From NCBI GenBank assembly GCA_001179505.1, contig CDMY01000848.1, positions 1 through 15,584 of the forward strand: a stretch of 15,584 nucleotides of DNA, written 5' to 3'. Shown here one piece after another: positions 7,572 to 15,584 of this stretch. Each line of letters begins with the position of its first letter. Within the stretch, counting starts at the first letter, position 1. The notes beneath the pieces were generated by a model. The model saw only the letters and a program-made list of their open reading frames with translations. It was not told where the DNA came from and searched no databases. Source of the DNA: Vitrella brassicaformis CCMP3155 (Eukaryota; Protista; Chromerida). Position numbers and translations under genes: made by a program.

Positions 7572-9312
7572 TCAATTATTCTCCCCCGGACACGGGTACG
7601 TGGCCCCAATTTTGGACCCCTCGTACGCGATTGGCGGGTATAGGTAGAAGGCATTGAGGCCGAGCAGCGGAATGTAACGATTGAAGAGGTGATCGACCGG
7701 TAGGAAGCCGTCGACAATGACACCCGTCTCGAGGACTCTCATGGCCGCACGCTTGTGCAACATGACGGCGTTGAAGCATCGAGAAGCCTGCGATCGATAC
7801 AGGTTTTTCGACTCCTTCGCCTTCAACCTTATCTTTAAGCACGTGCCAAGAAATACAATCTGCACAGCAGTCAATGTAACAGCAGTCAATGAAGTCATTC
7901 GTGCCTACATCCCATGTTCGCCGCGTGAGCTGAAGACGCAGCTGTGCAAGTTTGTTGTGAAAACGCGGCACTAGCCAAATGTCGTCTTCGAGGACAAGCA
8001 CTTCTTCAGGCAACGAGCCGTTGGCGAGCATTTCGAAGATCGTCCATTGATTTTGAGCGTGCTCAGCATATCTTTCCTCTCGCCGGAAAACAGCCGCTGA
8101 AAATCTGAAAGTGACTCAATACGGGCCGCGTTTCGGAAGAGTTTTTGCGAAAGATACGTCCTCTTTGCAAAAGCGGCATCAAGCGACGGAAATGAGACCT
8201 CGACCTGGTGGGGTACGAACATGCGGCGGAGCATGAGCCGACCTTGCTCGAGACGCTTCCCGTACGACAGAACTGTTGTAGGCCATTTCAAGAACTCACG
8301 ATTGGCGTCGCTGCAGCATTCGTCGAAATACATACTCGGCTGAGAGAGCTCCTGGAGAGAAAGTCTATTCCAGCTCTCGCTACCGAACAGTGTTGCCGTG
8401 AACTCATCGTGCGATGAGATATCTTTCACGATTTTAGAGATGGACGATACCCGCAGTGCGGCGGCGCTACACATCGCTGAGAAAAGGCGCACCAGCACCT
8501 GTGCGTGGCTGATGCAATCCGGCGAACTCGTCTCCTGCTGCACAGCAGGCACAATCACGCCATTTTTGTTGTCCACCGCGATCGTGTTCGTCTCTGGCGC
8601 TCTATTGTGGAACAAAAACACACGCACAGCCAGTCGTACACAAACAGAAACACGCACAGCCAGTCGTCGTGCCGTGCGTTGAGGGGGGCCGAGGGTCCGC
8701 TTACAGCAACGTGCTGTTGTTCGTCTCTGGTGCTCTATGATGACGCACAAACACACGCACGCCTAGCCATGAGTCGTCGTGCGGTGTGAAGGGCTGAGGG
8801 GGCCGCTTACGATGGACTGGCGTGGATGCGTGGCATCCGGATAAGCCTTCGCCGACATGAAAGGAGGGCTGGTCACCTGTGTGTCGCTGCATACATATCG
8901 CCTGTATACCCTGTCGTTCTTATTTCTGTCGTGGGTATACAGGCCCGATGTTTTTGTGCGTTGGGGGTCTCCTTCGTGCGGCGTAGGACACTGTGGCCCT
9001 CCTGCACAAACACTGCCTACACACCAAAGCGGGGGGAAAAAAACAGATCTGCCGTCTGTGGTGGTGGTGCCGTGCGTCGAGCACACACCTTGCCTTCCCT
9101 CTTGTTTTCCCTCATGTTCCCACGGTATTGCGTGACGAGCGCACCGCGCGATGTGGGCTTCAGTGCACGCTGCAGCCACACACACAGACGGCACACTGCA
9201 TGGAGGTGCACACGGCAGATCTGGTGGCAACAAGGCCGCCGCCGTAACACACCGTGTTGAACAGGGCCTGGTGAGAGATGATCAGAAGGGCGATGAACAC
9301 GTCTGAGATCAT
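7572..9312 (-). CDS. GT25-like glycosyltransferase, multi-exon; 5' exons tentative
   Basis: Core exons ~8272-8158, 8104-7909, 7859-7572 with GT-AG introns 8157-8105 and 7908-7860. They give ...QWTIFEMLANGSLPEEVLVLEDDIWLVPRF...RRTWD|IVFLGTC...CFNAVMLHKRAAMRVL...LPVDHLF, carrying the GT25-type LEDD, WD-x-x-x-LG and PVD motifs. A hydrophobic signal/anchor MISDVFIALLIISHQALF begins at ATG 9312. Exons between 9312 and 8601 are a best guess. Confidence 0.65.
8586..8810 (-). repeat. Tandemly duplicated intron-plus-exon-start unit within the GT25-like gene
   Basis: 8586-8704 and 8719-8810 share GTAAGCGG donors (8704, 8810), TAG acceptors (8602, 8735), intron bodies, and exon starts AGC(A/G)CCAGAGACGAAC. 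This creates a 30-nt micro-exon at 8734-8705. Confidence 0.8.
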
Positions 9313-9867
9313 GCTCCTCGCCAGCTCGCAAAATCGGACCTTTCGATAATTTACCACATTTACATAGGCGCCTGTAGGGCCGCCGCAGCACTCACAGGGC
9401 TGAGTGGATGAGCGCGTGGATGGTCTCTCTCTCGCGCGCGTGGATGCCCGGATGGCGGACGCAACGGGTACCCGAGGCAGCATCGCACCCCCATCCCCCA
9501 TGACGGGCGACTCCGGCAGTATCGCTGGTTAGGGGGTAGCTCAGATCCTCTCCACCTAAAGAGGACATTGCCATTCGCAATCGTCGAGAATCTAGACATG
9601 CAGGCCCCATTTCGCAGTTGACAAAATTCCTACAGGAGCACACTGTCAGAATCTAGACATCTAGAGAAGCAGCCCCCAGATGGTGTGAACCAAATGTGAA
9701 CCGGCCAGGTGAGAGCCTCACACACACCAAGCAGCAGCTCCTCACTCGCTTTCCTTCCTTCCTTCTCAACTGTCACCCCTACAACAACCGACCTGGTCCG
9801 ACCATCCAATCGCTCCGTTCTCAGCAGCCAAGGCACTTGGCGCATCTGAAGCGTCCAGCTGGAAGTG

Positions 9868-10099
9868 TCACTCGAAGGGCACTCAATCCATTCCAAACAT
9901 TATCATCTCACTCACTCTGGTTCGCGAGATATCCTTGACTCAATTCTATCTGATCCCAACCGATACCTGCTCTGCTGCTTTCTCTGCAGTGACTGGACAA
10001 ACACGCGCCAAGCTTGCCGCAACTGAAGCCTCACTCAAAGGGCTCTCAACTCGTTCCCAACATTATCACCGCACTCACTCTGGTTGGTTCGCGAGATAT
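9868..10099. repeat. Imperfect ~65-bp direct repeat pair (9868-9932 and 10031-10099)
   Basis: TCACTCGAAGGGCACTCAA...AACATTATCA...CACTCACTCTGGTTCGCGAGATAT recurs 163 bp downstream with small indels. Confidence 0.85.
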
Positions 10100-10142
10100 G
10101 TCTCACACAAAGTATCTACAGAGACACGAGCTCGAGATCTTC

Positions 10143-10187
10143 ATTCATTAATATTCATTCACTCATTCATTCATCCATTCATCCATT
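10143..10187. repeat. (TCAT/TCCAT)n low-complexity tract
   Basis: Visible repeats of TTCA, TCAT and TCCAT. Confidence 0.7.
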
Positions 10188-11099
10188 CGAGCGTCCTCAT
10201 GAACACACAAGGCATGCGCATCGAGGCTAGCAGCACATTGCAGGACACCCTGCAGAGACCAGGGCGGTGAGTCCGGGGCTCACGCCGGGCTCCTTCCCTT
10301 GGCTACCCCTGGGTTCCCCTGCTGTTGAGTGATGCCTCTGATGCGTGATTGTTAGTGATTGTCTGCCTCCACCCCGTAGGAGGTTTCTCCCTCCTCGTTG
10401 TACTGGACCATTGTTGTCTTTTTGTTGTCTTTTTGTTTTCTTTTTGTAATGGACCACTGTAATTCGTGGAGTTTTTAAGTAGAATACATGAAGGGGCGAC
10501 GAAGTTCGTCTAAGCATCGGTCGTATCAAGCAAGTCAAGGGAGCGTGTCACAGCAGGGTTTGTGCACAGCGTGTGTTGCTCGGCGGGCTGGCCATGCCCA
10601 TGATGAACGCGTGCGTTCCCTGCCTTGCGTGAAGGCTTACTCGGCAGAGGTTGATCCTGTGCTCGGCACACAGCAACTTCAACAGCACCCACTCAGGATC
10701 GTCCTGGTAAGTGAAGATGAATGAAGATGAAAGCCGCCTCTCACTTTCTCTCTTTCCGGGGCCTAAGGCCCCTCCAGTGGCAGTGTGAATCATACAAACA
10801 TGCACAAATCCATGCAGTTTCTGACACAGATTGTCCGTATCTGACATGTGGATGTAGGTGGAATGGTTTGTTTCGTCAGCTTGAAGTGCTGTTGTGGGAG
10901 GATGCCGTGTTTTCGGCAGTGACCCGCACCTCCAGTCGATAATTCGCGCCTACACGGGTGTTTCATAGCTGCGTGTTAGCTGCGTCTTGCCTGACAGCCA
11001 CGAGGTAGACAGGGGGTTGTCTCTCACGTACATGCGTGTCAAACAAAGAGACAACACATCACCAGGGTATTGCCGACTGATATCACCCCCCACCCGACT

Positions 11100-11338
11100 G
11101 ACATGACACGGGTAGACAGGCTTATGGTTATGATGTCATGATCTATTTCATTTTCATCCCTTGATTCAATCATTGAAATAGGTATAACATCCGTCACGCT
11201 TCCGGGAATAGACAAAACCACTTAAACGTCAGCAGGATCGCCATCTGAGGCTAAGGTGTTTTTCACACATCCGTATATTGACTGCATGTCTAAATTCATT
11301 ATTCTGTCAAGCATCAACTTCTCTTGTTCATACTCAAA
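11100..11338 (-). pseudogene. ppa: Truncated, degraded family I soluble inorganic pyrophosphatase (prokaryote-type), intronless
   Basis: One minus frame reads FEYEQEKLMLDRIMNLDMQSIYGCVKNTLASDGDPADV*VVLSIPGSVTDVIPISMIESRDENEIDHDIITISLS. This is collinear with the family I PPase core as recalled for E. coli Ppa: KYE...DRFM...NYG...TL..DGDPVDVLV...PGSV...PVG...D...D.KLVAV. In-frame TAA at 11224-11222; N-terminal VIEIP region and C-terminus absent. Confidence 0.8.
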
Positions 11339-11361
11339 ATGGATGTGTCTTAGGTTATATC

Positions 11362-11434
11362 AGGGTTGTTGATAGTAGCCCTGATGTTGATACATTGTAC
11401 AGACACTCGCTGTTGATACACTGGTCTGTGCATT
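11362..11434 (+). repeat. Orphan copy of the AP2-family 3' non-coding motif
   Basis: AGGGTTGTTGATAGTAGCC...TGTTGATACATTGTACAGA resembles 7079-7118. CGCTGTTGATACACTGGTCTGTGCATT resembles 5881-5907 and the reverse complement of 3486-3512. Confidence 0.8.
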
Positions 11435-12773
11435 AATACGCTTATTGCAAATGAATAAGTGACATCACAAGGCTCATGCAGAATGTTGCGAAGTGCTCAC
11501 GATGCCCTTCGCCCATGTCTGTGACCCTGATGAAGGCGCTCGGCTCAGATGACTGGAAGTGCGGACGTATGTGTCTGGATGTGATGGACGGATGCATTGG
11601 ATGCCGTGGACCGTGTGCTGATGGAGAGGATGCAGCCCTGGATGAATGGATAGACGGATGGATCTGATGCTGATGCTGATGGATGACAGGCTGAAGGATA
11701 GTAGTTGTGTGTAGGCAGGCATGACGACAAGCCGTAGATGGTCACAGGGGAGGCAGCCAGGGAAGATAAAGGGCTGCCGATGAATAAGAGCGCTAGATAA
11801 GCCTGCAGTGAATGCATGCGTGGGCCTGGGGGCGTAAGACGAGATAGCAGAAGTTGGCCAGGCGAGTTAGTGCCCGTTGCGTTTCATAATTGTTATTGTT
11901 CGCTTCCGATATGACTTGAGTCATTCTCTTGAGATCTGTTGCTTCGGCACGACCTTGGTCCTTCCGACCACATTCCCTTCGGCAGGGCGTCTTCCCAAGC
12001 CGCCCTTGGAGCCGCAGAGTGATGGTGGAGTGCGCATGTGAGTGATGGTGGAAAACGAGTACGTCGCCCGGCTGGCCACCCTCCCGGTGAGTCCTCAGCG
12101 AGGCGACACGAGTACTCGTACGACAGCTAGCTGCCCTTCTTGCATCATCTTCCCTCAGCCAGATCTTGCTCTCTCTCTGAGTCCATGTGCCTCCTCGTCC
12201 TTCCAGGACTCGCTCCTGTGCTGACCTACTCCTCTCCTCTCTTCCCGACTGGCCGGATGCATGTCTTGGGATGCTTTTGGGGTCATGTCTCACTGGGATT
12301 ACATGCACGCATATCTGCCTGAGATCTGTCTGTCTGTCCGTCTGTGTTGTCTCTCTAGCCTCCCAGTGTGTGCCTACGTATCCGCCACAAGGTCCGTCCC
12401 CTCGCCGATCACATACTGAGGCAGACAGCACATATATTTGACCCGCACATCATCAGTCAGGGAACACGGGACTCTCACTCAGAGCGGAGGGCACAAAAGC
12501 ATGTGTGTGGCTGGCTCTCTCTCTCTCTCTTTCTCGGTTGGCTGAGATCAGTTGGTTGTCTGGTGTGTTTGACTGCGCGTATGGTTATGACTGTTGTCAG
12601 AGAGAGGACATCCGCACCATGACACTTTTGCAACAAGAAGCCAACCGTCTCAAGTGACATCACAAGCCGATTTCTTGCAACTTCTCGATGCTCGCCGAAA
12701 TCTTGCAAATCTCGGTCTTGCCCCGCTTCATCAGCAAAGAAACATTCCAAGACGAATGGACATCAAACTCTGC

Positions 12774-14335
12774 TCATATAATCAGATGCCTTAGAATGCC
12801 GCCTTCTGACGTGGATGACCCAGGGTCTCTCAGTCGCTGTCTCGGCCTGAAAAGGCTCTCATACTCGATCAGCAGCCACGCCAGGTAACAATGATAGTCC
12901 ACGGGCCGCAGATGGGACGCAGCGAAGCTCTGGGCTGTCTGGGCTATCTGCCGTGCCTCGTCGTCGTGCTCCAGCGCCCACACCAGCTTTGCGGGCAGGT
13001 CACCGAGTGAAGGAGACACCGGGACAAAGTGCACCCATGGCTGCAGCCACCCGTCCATCCATGTCTCAAAAGCGGTCTGAGGGAAAATGTAAAGAGCGAG
13101 CTCTCGGATTTGGCTCGTGCGTTGCTCACCGAAATGAAAACAAGGGAGTTGGACCGTAATAAGCTGACTAGCCGCCGTGACCATGAGTTTCCATCGACAT
13201 GAAGGACATACTTGTAGTCGAAATACCGCTCAACCGGCAGTGGCTTGGCTCTCCCAAGGATGTGCTCCAGCTGCGAACAGATAGATGGAGTGTTGCACTG
13301 ACAGTAGCCCGTCAGGCCCACATCGAACAGGTCTCCCACACGGGATGAAGCCCACTTGCCCTCTGGCCACTTGTCGTGATCCGAGACGAGGCCATGCGAC
13401 CGCAGCTCCTTGCTAACATCGCTGAAAAGAGCGTTCTTGTTGTTTTGTCCGAATAGCTTAACCAGTCTGCCCCTCTCGCACTTCCACAGCAGGTCATCCG
13501 CATTCGTCCACTGACATCCCGTGTTCGATCCCCGCCACACCAGCATGCTTTTCTTGTCCTCCCATCTCGCCGTGGCGTCTTTGGGACTCCACTCGTCAAG
13601 GTAGTAGGGAGAGACGATATCCACAAAGCACGGCCACACGCGAGCGGCGGAGAGCATGGGTAGCAGGCCTCGGCGAGCATTAAAAGTGACAGGGCTAACA
13701 GAAACTCCACTGTTGATTGATATTCGGCTGCTTGCTTGGGGCAAGATGGCCTGACTGCCTCAAGACCGCCGCTTTCGCCCGTTGTTTTTTCCAACCGATC
13801 AGACTGCCCGATGCTCTCATTCGTCGGCCGCAGCACGCGAGGCTCGTCGAGGACGTTCGTCACTATGATCATGTCAGGCAGTAGTTTCGCAATGGGTTTG
13901 AGCAGCTTTCTCCAGCCGCCGCTTTCCCAAAGCGAGCTGTAGCCTCTCACACGAAATAATTGTCCGTTCCTTACCTGACACGGACGATTATTCTCCGTTG
14001 CTTCCCGTAGCGTCTCGGTCTACCTTCCAGAGGACAGTTCTTGACGAAGTTGACGCCCTTTCAACCATCTCATTGGTGATGCCGGGGCTGGTGTCTGTTT
14101 GCTGGCTGCGGAAAGCCTCGAGGTGATGGTCAACATTGGCGTAATGGCTCGGCTCCGTCGAACATTCGTGTGCATCCGCATAAGAATGCCACTTGCCGAC
14201 GAGCGCGGAGGGGATGGGTCTGCCATAGAAAGCCGTGTAGGCCCTGGTGATATTCGCGAAGAGGCCATGTCTTCTGTAATGATGTCGGTGGCCTGTTGTT
14301 GCGGAGATGAGAAGAAAGACGAAGAAGGAAAGCAT
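12774..14335 (-). CDS. CAP10-like glycosyltransferase family 90 (Glyco_transf_90) with signal peptide; probable internal frameshift, possibly a pseudogene
   Basis: Exons 14335-14024, 13974-13130, 13076-12774, with GT-AG introns of 49 and 53 nt. Signal peptide MLSFFVFLLISA. Family motifs YGRPIP...W, LPDMIIVTNVLDEPRV, WEDKKSMLVWRGSNTG, YKYVLHVDGNSWSRRL...NSLVF, WLQPWVHFVPV...DL...W...HDDEARQIA. The frame changes within exon 2 at ~13690-13760 with no good intron. Confidence 0.88.
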
Positions 14336-14715
14336 GTCACCGAGCTATTTATACGCTGTTTACATGTCGCAGACCCATTTCCCTCCACAACCGTCCAAAC
14401 CGTCCACAACCGTCCCGTCCCGTCCCAGTTGCTTTGCTCCTTGTTGAGGTATGGGCGTATCAAGAATGTGCAATCAAGGCACGAAACAGCTTAGGTTAAC
14501 CGTCACACTTGCAACAGTACAGTAAGTATCGCCTAAAGCAATCAGTACAGCGCCGATTGCTTTGGACGCTTGATTGGTTTATACGTACAAGCGAGTGATT
14601 GCTTAACACCCCGTACAAGCCTCCTCCCCTGATCGCGCATTTTTTAAAACGTCCCAAATGTGCCGAAAAATATTTAAAAACCGGCAAACCGTCGGAAAAG
14701 TCAGAAAACGCAAAT

Positions 14716-14830
14716 GAAAAAAAAGGAAAAAAAAGGAAAAAGGAAAAAAAAGAAAAGAAAGAAAGAAAGAAAGAAAGAAAGAAAAAAAGAGAAAAAAAGA
14801 AAGAAGAGAGAGAGAGAGAGAGAGAGAGAA
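14716..14830 (+). repeat. 115-nt pure polypurine tract: A-runs, (AAAG)n and (GA)n
   Basis: Only A and G on the + strand from 14716 to 14830. It explains the spurious Lys/Glu- and Phe/Ser-rich ORFs in the track. Confidence 0.97.
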
Positions 14831-15182
14831 TCCCCGACAAACAAGGAACAGATTTTAAAAGCCGCCAAAATAAAAGGAGACAATTTAAAAAAGTTGGGTT
14901 GCAATCCGTTGAATCACAGCTTGCTTGGCATGTTCTTCTCTCGCAAACCAGTGTCTTTCACACATCGAACTGGATAACACTCGTATGTATTTACCACACA
15001 GTCTATTTGCCTTCACACTTACACATATACACGCACGCACCATAAGACAGACATAAGATTACACACAAGACAACACATAGAGACATGCATACATAATTCA
15101 TACAGACAAACAGCCAGACAGCGTTAGCAGAGGCACCACATTCATTCACAGAGACAGACAGTCGGGGATGGTACGTATATGA

Positions 15183-15227
15183 ACCAATCAATTAATCAAC
15201 CAGTCAATCAATCAATCAACCAATCAA
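15183..15227. repeat. (CAAT/CAAC)n microsatellite-like tract
   Basis: ACCAATCAATTAATCAACCAGTCAATCAATCAATCAACCAATCAAC. Confidence 0.8.
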
Positions 15228-15465
15228 CTATTTTCCTCGATTCTTCCGCTGTCTCGGTGATGTGCGAGCGGTTTTTTCGGCACCAAAAATAGCCATTTTC
15301 CGCGGGTGAAAACCGGGGTCGCCCCCTTCCCTCCCATCTCCTTTTTTTCAAACGTCCCAAACCCCTCAAAAAACGGGGGTAATTTTGACAAAAATTCAAA
15401 TCCAAGGGAGGAGGCGTTGCACGGAGTGCTTTTGGCACGGCTGTTGTGACCCACTCCTTCCATCT

Positions 15466-15584
15466 ATGTCATCCGTGCAGCCCTCCGTAGGGCTCCCTCC
15501 TGCTGACGGAGGCGAGTTGACACCCACTGAACCCGCCTCGCCGAGCCGACCGCACCGCTCGTTGACCTCGCCATGCCACCTCAG
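15466..15584 (+). CDS. Possible 5' end of a gene running off the window; product unknown
   Basis: ATG at 15466 opens a GC-rich frame MSSVQPSVGLPPADGGELTPTEPASPSRPHRSLTSPCHL that stays open to the edge. No homology recognised. Confidence 0.3.
   Translation, partial: MSSVQPSVGLPPADGGELTPTEPASPSRPHRSLTSPCHL

Noticed and set aside
8050-8090. GERKDMLSTLKI in ORF 7971-8756 resembles the GT25 GE-x-GC-x-LSH motif, implying a frameshift
   Set aside because: A phase-compatible 53-nt GT-AG intron (8157-8105) joins the frames without a lesion. The resemblance lacks the key Cys and His. cDNA is needed to settle it.
9532-9546. GGGGGTAGCTCAGAT resembles a tRNA 5' end/A-box
   Set aside because: No D-loop GG, anticodon arm, T-loop GTTC or acceptor-stem partner follows.
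8586-10099. Repeat pairs considered as a CRISPR-like array
   Set aside because: Only two copies of each unit, no regular repeat-spacer periodicity, no cas genes, and a eukaryotic context.
10199-10706. Possible plus-strand exons (ATG 10199, GTGAGT donor at ~10267, open exon ~10570-10706 ending at GTAAGT)
   Set aside because: I could not assemble a consistent open model, and no protein family is recognisable.
11476-11667. Cys-rich ORF CSRCPSPM...WKCGRMC, zinc-ribbon-like
   Set aside because: Short, runs into (GGAT)n low complexity, and the spacing is not diagnostic.
11793-12794. ORF 11793-12431 (-, 212 aa) and scattered plus-strand splice-like signals up to 12794
   Set aside because: The translation is low-complexity with no motifs and overlaps CT/GT-rich intron-like sequence. 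A plus-strand gene may exist but cannot be supported from sequence alone.
14496-15045. Lys/Glu-rich and Phe/Ser-rich ORFs
   Set aside because: They are translations of the polypurine microsatellite.

Overview
Eukaryotic, intron-rich DNA with GT-AG introns of mostly 48-103 nt. The ApiAP2-type domains suggest a chromerid or apicomplexan-related alveolate such as Vitrella; this is inference only. The window is a mosaic of a few genes and many relics. It holds one apparently intact 6-exon polyamine aminopropyltransferase of the ACL5/Thermus-SpeE (GGGEG) class (2052-3417, -) and a 6-exon two-AP2-domain pseudogene (5945-7069, +). Two further AP2 3'-end relics lie in inverted orientation around a degraded 1.1-kb ORF. 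There is also a multi-exon GT25-like glycosyltransferase (7572-~9312, -), a CAP10/GT90 glycosyltransferase with a probable frameshift (12774-14335, -), and a stray 3' fragment of a GT90 paralog (7461-7541). The least obvious element is an AT-rich, intronless, prokaryote-type family I inorganic pyrophosphatase relic (~11100-11338, -), whose DGDPxD half is missed by the ORF track because of one in-frame stop. I found no rRNA, tRNA, CRISPR array or transposase, and no convincing novel multi-gene system. The notable signals are fragment shuffling, a shared AP2-family 3' terminus and a possible foreign relic. All gene models were built by hand.
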